From: a bacterium
GTDB lineage: Bacteria > Zhuqueibacterota > Zhuqueibacteria > Oceanimicrobiales > Oceanimicrobiaceae
Reading direction: 5' to 3'
DNA: 14,849 nucleotides
NCBI GenBank assembly: GCA_046758365.1
Contig: JBHIAC010000083.1
Coordinates: forward strand, 1-14,849
The notes under the pieces were generated by a model that was not told where the DNA came from, did no database searches, and saw only the letters and a program-made list of their open reading frames with translations. This document shows positions 1 to 8,700 of this stretch, piece by piece; the stretch's first letter is position 1, and every line of letters begins with the position of its first letter. The translations under genes and the position numbers were made by a program.

Positions 1-47
1 AGTAATGTACTCAGCCGAGTGGTACTAATAAACCGTGAGACTTAACC
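1..47 (+). rRNA. rrl: 23S rRNA, 3' end (partial)
   Basis: GGTACTAATAAACCGTGAGACTTAACC matches the conserved bacterial 23S 3' terminus; 5S follows about 80 nt downstream. Confidence 0.93.
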
Positions 48-129
48 AATAATTTGTGGTTAACAGCAGATGGTTGGTGGTTTAAATTGAACTCCAGTAT
101 TTGTATATATTTCTTAAAGGGTAATAATG

Positions 130-247
130 TTCCGGTGACTATAGTGGAGAAGAAACACCTCTTCCCTTTCCGAACAGAGAAGTTAAGCCCTCCAACGCCG
201 ATGGTACTGCCCTGGAAACGGGGTGGAAGAGTAGGTCGTCGCCGGGA
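130..247 (+). rRNA. rrf: 5S rRNA
   Basis: Terminal helix TTCCGGTGAC/GTCGCCGGGA; conserved CCGAAC, GAAGTTAAG, CGCCGATGGTACTG and GAGTAGGTCG motifs; about 118 nt. Confidence 0.97.
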
Positions 248-257
248 ATTTTGATTT

Positions 258-293
258 TAAGGGAAAAGATTAATATCTTTTCCCTTATTTTTT
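258..293 (+). terminator. Rho-independent terminator of the rRNA operon
   Basis: 13-bp perfect stem TAAGGGAAAAGAT/ATCTTTTCCCTTA, loop TAAT, followed by T6. Confidence 0.88.
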
Positions 294-338
294 AAATTCA
301 ATACAGGCATTTCGTTGAAATAGAACTGAAATAGACAC

Positions 339-420
339 AGCGTGGCCTTCGGCCGCAACCAAATAGCTTTAAAAAAACTTTGCTAAAAAAAACAAGGTTT
401 TACAAGATTGTAGGATAGAG
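339..420 (+). repeat. Bipartite dispersed element, copy 1 (minimal: end A 339-363, end B 374-420)
   Basis: A (AGCGTGGCCTTCGGCCGCAACCAAA) matches the reverse complement of 12755-12780. B (AAAACTTTGCTAAAAAAAACAAGGTTTTACAAGATTGTA) matches the reverse complement of 12542-12579 with 2 mismatches and 1 indel. Confidence 0.85.
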
Positions 421-453
421 AACTCAATAATCCGGGTTCAATGGCAATTTAAT

Positions 454-498
454 AAAACAAAAAAGCGGGACAGATGCTATCTATACCTATCCCGCTTT
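454..498 (-). terminator. Terminator of the small zinc-ribbon gene
   Basis: Minus-strand hairpin AAAGCGGGA...TCCCGCTTT followed by TTTGTTTT, about 20 nt after the stop at 520. Confidence 0.8.
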
Positions 499-519
499 AC
501 CTCTTGTTGACGAATCTTT

Positions 520-672
520 TTACTTAGAAGAAGAGAGTATTTTATACATTCCAGTACCACATTTAGAACACTTTCCTTTCATTGCAGGACGTCCATTTTT
601 CATTGTAACTTTTTCTGCGTTGAGCATCTCTGTTTTAGTGCGACATTTCACACAATATGCCATCTCAGCCAA
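520..672 (-). CDS. Small basic CxxC..CxxC zinc-ribbon protein (DUF5679-like), 50 aa
   Basis: Hand translation MAEMAYCVKCRTKTEMLNAEKVTMKNGRPAMKGKCSKCGTGMYKILSSSK. TTG start with AAGGAGGTGAT RBS (AGGAGG 8 nt upstream) and its own terminator. Alternative ATG at 663. Below the ORF-track length cutoff. Confidence 0.9.
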   Translation of the reverse strand: MAEMAYCVKCRTKTEMLNAEKVTMKNGRPAMKGKCSKCGTGMYKILSSSK

Positions 673-714
673 TCCTATCACCTCCTTCCCTCATAAGATT
701 AACCCATCACCCTT

Positions 715-751
715 TTGACATTAAATTTATAAATTTTCATATAAATGTCAA
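715..751. promoter_or_regulatory. Inverted TTGACA pair; candidate promoter for the small gene or a bidirectional promoter
   Basis: TTGACATT-N21-AATGTCAA between divergent genes; the minus strand reads TTGACA-N16-TAAATT. Confidence 0.45.
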
Positions 752-1054
752 GAAAAATAATAAATTCGACTTCAAAATCTTATTACAACTGAACACTCAG
801 GTTCAATTAGCTATAATATATTACAATGATATTAATATTACGTTTTCCAATGTTGATATGCAAGAGTTAAAAATACTAATATTTTGAAAAGAAACCAATT
901 TTAAAATCGTTTCGTTAGATTGGTTAGTTTGAAGCATATGCTTAACGATAAAAAAATATTCTCATAAAAAATTGGTAAATTATTGTGGAATTAAATTGCG
1001 TAATTTGCTTGTTGTCATTATATTATCGTTGAAATAAAAAATAGGTAAGAATCC

Positions 1055-3475
1055 ATGTTCTCATGCAATAAATGGTTTAACTTAATATATAGATATTACT
1101 TTCCAATTTTGATCATTGCATTATTGGCTAGCATAGTGGGCGGTTATTTTGCATCAAAATTAGCTTTGCAAAGTGACTTAGCAGAACTCCTTCCCGAAAG
1201 TTTTGAAAGTGTTAAAGCTTTAAATCGAATCGAAGAGGAAGTAGGCGGGGTTGGGCATCTACGAATCATCCTTGAAACAAAAAAATTTGCAGCTGCCAAA
1301 GCCTTTGCCAACGATTTGGAGCCAAAGCTTTTAACAAGTCCCTTGGTAAACTATCTAGACTACAAAAACGATGTGGCTTTTTATAAAAAGAATGCCCTTC
1401 TATTTCTAGAAATGGAAGAATTGGATTCACTTTATACAGCCATTCAAAACAAAATTGATGCAGAAAAACAGAAATTAAATCCTCTTTTTGTCGATGATCT
1501 TTTTGGCGATGATGAGAATGATAGCGCTGACGCTGATTTGGCAAAATGGGAAAAAAAATATCAAGATAAAGAGCCTAAAAAATATTACACCAACGAAGAC
1601 AATACAGTCATGGTGATAAAAGTATTCCCAACCGGCACTACCACCAGTTTAAGCTTTGTACAAAATATGTTTGAAGAAGTCAAACAAATTGTCGAGTCAG
1701 CGAATCCCCAAAAATATGATCCAGAAATGAAGGTGCTTTACGGAGGTAATTTTAAAAACCGCTTGGATGAGTACCAAGTAGTTAAAAGCGATATTTTAGG
1801 GACAGCTTTTATCGGATTTAGTGGCGTATTTCTTTTGATAATAATTTATTTTCGTCGGTTTACTGGTGCTATTTTAATTACAGTCACTCTGCTCTTCTCG
1901 CTGGCATGGACCTTTGGGGTTACTTATTGGGTAATCGGCAGCTTAAATACTATCACGGGTTTTTTATTTGTCATTTTGTTTGGATTAGGAATTGATTATG
2001 GAATACACGCCTTTGCGAGATATGCTGAGAGCCGAAGAAGTGGTTTAAGTTTCGAAGAGTCCATCGAAAAATTAGTCTGCCAAACCGGTAAGGCCTTAGC
2101 CACTACCGCCGTTACTACTTCTGCGGCTTTCTTTTCACTTACGCTTATGGATTTCAAAGGATTTTCGGATCTGGGTTTTATTGCGGGTATTGGAATGTTA
2201 TTTGCTCTGGTTGCGATGGTTATTGTTTTACCTGCATTTATCACTTTATTTGAAAAATTGCAACTGTTAAAAATTAATCCGGTTGCTGGAAAAAGTCAAA
2301 ATTTCCAAAGAAAGGCATTTCGCTTTTCAAAGCCAATTTTGTTAGTCTCTGGTTTTATCACGTTATTTTCCATTTACAGCTTTTCTCAGGTTGATTTTGA
2401 GTATGATTTTACAAATCTAAGAGCCATTACAAAAGAGCGTGAAATTGTCAGTGAAAAAACTAAGGATGTTTTCAAATTATCTGAATCTCCAGCCGTAGTT
2501 CTTGCCAATTCTAAAGAAGAAGTGAATGAAATTGTAAAGGCTGTTAAAACAATAATGCAAGAAGACACCCTTTCCCCCACAGTAAAAACTGTGAAGTCCA
2601 CCTTTTCTCTTGTTCCAGATGATCAACCGGAAAAATTAAAGAAAATAAAAAAGACTCGTCAGCTTATCGAAAATGAAGCTGAGGGAGTCGTAACCGGAGA
2701 AGATAAAGAACGGTTAGATAAATTAATGAAGTATCTGCAAGTTGACAGGCCATTTACTTGGGAGGAATTTCCAGAAAAAGATAAGCGAAAATTTATCAAT
2801 AAAAAAGGAGAAATCGGAAATTTCGTTTTTATATATCCTAGTGTAGCTCTTAAAGATGGACGAAAAGCCATCGAGTTTCATTATGATGTTGGAAAAATTA
2901 CCACGAACTCAGGTAATACTTACTACGCCTCCAGCTCGAATATTATATTTGCTGAAATGCTTTTAATTATGATTAAGGAAGGACGGATTGCAGTAATTCT
3001 GACTTTTTTTGTTGTATTTATTATAGTACTCATCGATTTTCGAAATCTTAAAGCAGCAGTCTTTGTATTAACACCTTTAGCCGTTGGTGTTCTTTGGATG
3101 GGTGCGGCTATGTTTTTACTTGGTATGAAATTGAATTTTTTTAATATTGTGGTACTACCGAGTGTTATTGGAATTGGTGTAGACAACGGTGTACACATTT
3201 ATCATCGTTATAAAGAAGAGGGACCTGGCTCACTTTACCACGTGTTAAAAAATACCGGTCTTGCCATAACTATGACAACTTTAACAACAATCGTCGGTTA
3301 TTCTGGTCTCATTTTAGCGCGGCATCCAGGGCTGAACTCTATTGGAGATCTGGCGGTTATTGGTATTAGTGCCACATATTTTACTGCTATCATAGTTCTT
3401 CCGGCGCTCTTACAGTTTTTCGAAAAGAAAAAGAAAATAGAAAAGCATGAACCTATTTTGGAATCAGTTTCGTAG
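1055..3475 (+). CDS. MMPL/RND-superfamily (HpnN-like) lipid exporter
   Basis: 806 aa; two repeats of TM + large soluble loop + 5 TM; signature motifs GLGIDYGIH and GIGVDNGVH. Confidence 0.92.
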   Translation: MFSCNKWFNLIYRYYFPILIIALLASIVGGYFASKLALQSDLAELLPESFESVKALNRIEEEVGGVGHLRIILETKKFAAAKAFANDLEPKLLTSPLVNYLDYKNDVAFYKKNALLFLEMEELDSLYTAIQNKIDAEKQKLNPLFVDDLFGDDENDSADADLAKWEKKYQDKEPKKYYTNEDNTVMVIKVFPTGTTTSLSFVQNMFEEVKQIVESANPQKYDPEMKVLYGGNFKNRLDEYQVVKSDILGTAFIGFSGVFLLIIIYFRRFTGAILITVTLLFSLAWTFGVTYWVIGSLNTITGFLFVILFGLGIDYGIHAFARYAESRRSGLSFEESIEKLVCQTGKALATTAVTTSAAFFSLTLMDFKGFSDLGFIAGIGMLFALVAMVIVLPAFITLFEKLQLLKINPVAGKSQNFQRKAFRFSKPILLVSGFITLFSIYSFSQVDFEYDFTNLRAITKEREIVSEKTKDVFKLSESPAVVLANSKEEVNEIVKAVKTIMQEDTLSPTVKTVKSTFSLVPDDQPEKLKKIKKTRQLIENEAEGVVTGEDKERLDKLMKYLQVDRPFTWEEFPEKDKRKFINKKGEIGNFVFIYPSVALKDGRKAIEFHYDVGKITTNSGNTYYASSSNIIFAEMLLIMIKEGRIAVILTFFVVFIIVLIDFRNLKAAVFVLTPLAVGVLWMGAAMFLLGMKLNFFNIVVLPSVIGIGVDNGVHIYHRYKEEGPGSLYHVLKNTGLAITMTTLTTIVGYSGLILARHPGLNSIGDLAVIGISATYFTAIIVLPALLQFFEKKKKIEKHEPILESVS

Positions 3476-3634
3476 AAAAGTAGATTATTGAATAATCTAC
3501 TCTCCTTTTCAAGAGAGTGGATATTAATTCTCTCGAAACGTTATTAATAGAAATAAAATATTATAATATTTCGTTTGAAGTTGAACATTTATTTATTCAA
3601 AATCGCAATAATCACTTAAAGTAAAGGAATAGTT

Positions 3635-4846
3635 ATGAATCAATTATTAAGCATCACAAATTTAAAATTATACACCTTTTTTATTTTTGTGATTTTTATC
3701 TTTGGCTGTGCTTCCAGTTTAACTCCAACACGAACCAAAGAGCAGCGCACCTCTGGCTTATATATATCTGCAAAAAATTTATATAATCAAGGTAGTTATA
3801 TTCAGGCCATTTATCTCTTGAAACAATCCATTGAATTCGATCCCAATTTCGCAGAGGCCTTCTACGTTCTCGGATTGACCTATATTAAAATCAAAGATTA
3901 TCATGAAGCGATTGAAAAATTAAATAAGGCAAAAGAATTAAAACCAACCACAAAAGACCCTGGCTATAACACCGCTGACATTGAATTTAATATTGGACTG
4001 GCTTATATTGGTCTAAAGGATTACAAAACAGCCGCAGAATATTTGAATGATGCAGTCTCTTTTCACCCTGGATTTGCAAAAGCCTATTACAATTTAGCTT
4101 ATATTGCCGAACTAGAGAACAAAAAAGAAGAAACATATAAAAATTTGAAGAAGGCGATCGAGGCTGATCCAAAGATGGGTAAAGCGTATATAGCTCTGGG
4201 CGTGCTATATAAAAAAGATGGAAATTTAGAGGTCGCACAAAAACAGTTTGAAAAAGCTATTGAAGTTGATAAAGAGAATAAAACCGCTTTTAATGAGTTG
4301 GGTAAATTGTTTAGGGAAGTAGGTGAATATGAAAACGCGGCGAGACATTTCCGTCGTGCTGTTCAAATTGACAATAAATTTATTGATGCCTATTTGAATC
4401 TTGGTTTTGTCTATGTAGACTTAAAATCTTTCGATAAGGCGAAATCCATTTTTACAAAGGTTACTCAAATAGATTCAACTCTTCCAGAGGGTTTTGTTAA
4501 TTTAGCTCAAGTCTACTATCTAATAGGAGACACATCGGCTGCGTTGGAGAATTTTCGCATTGTATTAAGATTACAGCCAAATTACCAGTTGGTAAATTTT
4601 CAAATAGGTCAAATACTAGAGCAACAAGGTAAAAATACTTTTGCGATTGAAGCGTACCGGCAAGAGATTATAGTCAATCCAAAACATGCTTTCAGTCATT
4701 TTAATTTAGCTGTGTTATTACACAGGGCTGGCCTCTTAGATGAAGCAGTAGTAGAATACAAAAAATATTTAGAATTAGTACCCAAAGGCGATGAAAGAGC
4801 AAAAAAGGTTGTAGCAATACTTAAGAAGTTAGAAAAAATTAAGTAA
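3635..4846 (+). CDS. Tetratricopeptide-repeat lipoprotein
   Basis: Hydrophobic N-terminus ending in IFGC (Cys25, lipobox-like); roughly 9-10 TPR units (AYYNLA, AYLNLG, P-x-x-A spacing); AAAGGA RBS. Confidence 0.9.
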   Translation: MNQLLSITNLKLYTFFIFVIFIFGCASSLTPTRTKEQRTSGLYISAKNLYNQGSYIQAIYLLKQSIEFDPNFAEAFYVLGLTYIKIKDYHEAIEKLNKAKELKPTTKDPGYNTADIEFNIGLAYIGLKDYKTAAEYLNDAVSFHPGFAKAYYNLAYIAELENKKEETYKNLKKAIEADPKMGKAYIALGVLYKKDGNLEVAQKQFEKAIEVDKENKTAFNELGKLFREVGEYENAARHFRRAVQIDNKFIDAYLNLGFVYVDLKSFDKAKSIFTKVTQIDSTLPEGFVNLAQVYYLIGDTSAALENFRIVLRLQPNYQLVNFQIGQILEQQGKNTFAIEAYRQEIIVNPKHAFSHFNLAVLLHRAGLLDEAVVEYKKYLELVPKGDERAKKVVAILKKLEKIK

Positions 4847-4899
4847 TTATTGTTGCCTATTAAAAGTTATTACATTCCCCAACAGTAATTTTTATAAAC

Positions 4900-4930
4900 A
4901 AAAAAGGGTGCTTTTTGTAAGCACCCTTTT
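4900..4930. terminator. Bidirectional intrinsic terminator between convergent genes
   Basis: AAAAGGGTGCTT-TTTGT-AAGCACCCTTTT with A and T tracts at the two ends. Confidence 0.88.
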
Positions 4931-4950
4931 AAAATTCATGTAAGGTCAAT

Positions 4951-5553
4951 TTATCTACCATGGCTAGGAGGACAGTATCCGCCGCCAATAAGAATTCTTA
5001 TTCCGCTGCCGTTGCCAATCCCTGTACCGTTATTTGAGCCAGCCGTGTAAAACTCGGTATCTGGCGATTCTCCATGTATAGGCGAAAAACCAACCAGCGA
5101 ATCCGCAGAAACTTGCTGCATAATGAAATTAAAAGATTCCCGTAAATCACTTAAACTGGCTAAGGAAGCTAAAACCACAGCATCTCTATTTGTATTATGT
5201 TTAGAAATTGAGCTTTCACTTCCCGTAGCTGAAGATTCTGTACCATTAAACCCATTAGTCTGGAAATCTTTTTGAAGTTTTTGGCCCAAAAGCTTATCTG
5301 TAAGATTAGAGTTGTTGCTATTATTTTGAAACTTCACTTCAGTTTCCGTTGCTAAATCAAACACGATACTCTGGGATTCTATCACATGCTCAATGTAATA
5401 TTTTCCAGCCAAAAATGAGGCAAAAGCCATGCCTATGAAAATATGTAGAACTAACGAAATTCCTAATGCACCTCGAGTTGTGATTCCTTTTCGAAATCGA
5501 AAACGTATTTGTTTTACTATGTGTTGAGTGCGATGCTTTATATTTAAATACAT
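4951..5553 (-). CDS. Hypothetical single-pass membrane protein with a TonB/TolA-like anchor
   Basis: GAAAGGAG RBS; basic N-terminus; TM segment ALGISLVLHIFIG (S-x3-H); low-complexity S/N/G-rich remainder. Confidence 0.7.
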   Translation of the reverse strand: MYLNIKHRTQHIVKQIRFRFRKGITTRGALGISLVLHIFIGMAFASFLAGKYYIEHVIESQSIVFDLATETEVKFQNNSNNSNLTDKLLGQKLQKDFQTNGFNGTESSATGSESSISKHNTNRDAVVLASLASLSDLRESFNFIMQQVSADSLVGFSPIHGESPDTEFYTAGSNNGTGIGNGSGIRILIGGGYCPPSHGR

Positions 5554-5760
5554 AGCTACTCCTTTCTAACAGTTAAAGATTTATTGATTTTCTATTACAT
5601 ATAACTTTTAACATCAATCATATATTCCCGAGATCAGATAAATTATTGTTCTACAATAATTACAAATGTTTTTTAGATTTATTCCTCTCAAATTGTTTCG
5701 GGAATACTTTTTATGTTTCATCTGGAATATAATTTAAGAGATTTTTTGTAAAGTCATTAT

Positions 5761-8700
5761 TTAAAATAAACTCATCTGAGTTTTACTTTTGTCTTCCTTT
5801 TTAGGTTTTTGAGACTCCATTCTCTTTAATTCTATTAAGGTGTCTTCAATGTCACTCAAAAATCGAGAAGGTGGATTTTGCCTTTTTTGTCCAAATAAAA
5901 ACCGATTGTTTGCATGGGTTAAAATTAGTTTTTGCTGGGCTCGTGTCATGCCAACATAAAACAGCCTTCGTTCTTCTTCTAAATCAAATGTATGTCCTTC
6001 TCGTTGATAAGGGATTAAATTTTCTTCACACCCAACAATAAATACCACAGGAAATTCAAGACCTTTGGATGCATGCAAGGTCATCAAAGTGACTCGATCG
6101 GCTCGAGGGTCATAGTCGTCGGTTTCTTTTTGCAGTACAGTTGATTCTAAGAAATCTCCTAATCGGTTTTCAAAGGGTAGGGCTTTGGAAATAAGCTTAT
6201 TAAAGAGTTCAGAATATTTCTCATCTAACTGAAAAGATTTTTTAATATTTGTATATTTTCCTACCAAATCGATTAACTGAGATACCGTTTGAGATTCCGC
6301 AGCTTTTTTTAATGCTTTTAATATAGGTACAATGTTATAAAATATTTTTTTTTGAGAGGTATCCCAAAAGTTATATTCTTTAAAATTTTGCAAAACCTGC
6401 CAAAAAGATGCTTTTTTCTCATTCGCTAATTCAAATATATTTTTTAAATTCTCTATTCTAGTTCCAGGTTTAAAGTGATTAAATATTTTATGAAGATGAG
6501 AAATGGAATTAGAATTGTATAGAAACCATAAAAAAGATAGTATTGCGGTAATTTCTTTGCGTTCAAAAAAGTGTATTTCTCCCACCGTTTGATACGGAAT
6601 CCCTGACCGAAGGAGCGCTTCTTCCAATGATTTGCTTTGTGCGTTAAGTCGATACAGCACCGCAAAATCAGAAAAAGACATACTGGTGGTTTCATCTTCG
6701 GCACCAATGCGACCGGAGTCGATAGAAAAATAGCTAGTGCCACCCATCATTTTTTCAATTTTGTGCACCACGTATTCGGCCTCGGCTTTGTGGGTGGGAG
6801 TCTGATAAATCTCCAACTTGGTTTTACTCACCAGATCTGACCAGATTTCTAGGTTTTGACCTTTAGTACTTTTTGCCATCACCTGTTCTGAGGCGTCTAA
6901 AATTAATTGTGTCGAACGGTAATTTTGACTAAGATGTACAATTTTGGTGTTGGGGAAATCTGTTTGAAACTTAAGAAAAAATTCTCTATTGGCACCACGA
7001 AATCCGTAAATCGCTTGATTAGGGTCTCCAATGACACATATATTTACTTCAGGTGCCGTCAACAGCCGCAGCAAACGATATTGAGCCAAATTGATATCTT
7101 GATATTCATCCACCGATATCCAACGGAAACGATTTTGGTACTTTTGTAAGACATCTGGATTCTCTTCAAATAATTTAACAGAAAGTGAGATCAAATCGTC
7201 AAAATCCAGAACATGATTTTTTAGCAAAGATAATTCATACTTTTGATATATATCAATGAATTCCGGAGCATCCTTAAATTCGTCCTTAATACTGCATGCT
7301 TCTGGAGATAGAAGCTGGTTTTTCGCAGAGGAAATTTTATCAAGGTACAGATGGATTTCCTTATCTTTCAAAGATAAATTTATATTTTTTAATAAGGTAC
7401 GTCTATCCGTTTCGCTGTAAATAGTATATTTAGGTTCTAATCCAATTCTTTCTCCTTCTGATCTTAAAATCAAACTCCCAAATGCATGAAACGTTTTTAT
7501 AGTAATTTGGTTTGCAACCTTCGGGTCTAACAAATTTTTTAAACGGTCAGCCATTTCTTCAGCGGCTTTGTTGGTAAATGCAACAGCTAATAGATTTTCA
7601 GGAGATACACCTTTTTCATGAACCAGATAAGCCATGCGGTGGGTTAATGTGCGAGTCTTTCCAGTGCCTGGCCCGGCCACGATAATGAGCGGAATGTTGG
7701 TGCATTGAACAGCCTCTTTCTGTTCAATATTTAGGCCGAACAATATAGGATGTTCTTCCTGATTGATTTCTATTTTCTTTTTTGGATGAGAATCAACTCC
7801 TGATAATTCTATATAGGCCTGATTAGCCGATCTTTTTTGCCTAAGTTTTGTCGGCGTTTGTACTGTACCCAATTTTTCGGCCAGGTTTTTATCTTTCAGG
7901 ATTAATTGTTGTGTGGGAGAGATTATTTGTTCCTCTTTTTTCCCCTCAGAAGAAAAGAAGCCCAATTGAGTAGAAAAGGCTTCTCGTTCCTCATCTTCGA
8001 ACACTCGAATGATACCGTACTCGCCATCATAGCCCGCAATAGTTTTAATTTCGGCCAATCGCATTCTTCTAATTGCCTCGGCCAACAAGGCATCACCAAT
8101 ATTTGCAATATCTTCCAGTGGTATGTCTTTAAGAATATTCAATTCTGGACCAAGTTTAGTCAGGAGCTTTTCAAAACTTTCCTGGATACGTTTGGAATTC
8201 ACACCAACACGGTAAATTTCAGCCAGAATTTCTGAAAGAGGAATCAAGCTTTTAAATGGATGGGAGCGTTTTGGTTTTGCCCCTTTTTCCCGATCTGCCA
8301 AAGTTTCCACTCGATGCATGACCCCCACGGTAACTTTTTTCCCACATTCAGGACAAATGCCGTTGTGTTTTATTGTCGTTTTTGGATCCCACTGTATGCC
8401 ACATTTTCGGTGACCGTCGTAGTGGTATTTACCTTCTTCCGGGAAAAATTCAATGGTGCCAAGAAATGCTTCGGAATCTTTACTTTTTAGGGCCCTGAAA
8501 ATTGCAGGGTAAGAGAGTTCCGTGTTAAATATATTGGCTTCGCGCGCCAGTTTTTGTGGGGAGTGGGCATCGGAATTTGAAACCAAGGTGTATCTATCTA
8601 ATGCCGAAAGTCGCCAATTCATGGGAGGGTCAGAAGAGAGGCCAGTTTCCAGAGCAAAAATTTGAGGTGTCAATTCTTCGAAACACTCTTCCACAGAATC

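Noticed and set aside
54..254. 66-aa ORF
   Set aside because: Overlaps the 5S rRNA; spurious.
657..887. 76-aa ORF
   Set aside because: AT-rich intergenic frame antisense to the RBS and promoter of the small gene; no RBS or recognisable motif.
1266..3198. Five antisense ORFs inside the MMPL gene
   Set aside because: Shadow frames of a well-supported gene.
3987..4238. 83-aa antisense ORF inside the TPR gene
   Set aside because: Shadow frame with no independent signals.
6453..8490. Short alternative-frame and antisense ORFs within the nuclease-helicase gene
   Set aside because: Shadow frames with no independent signals.
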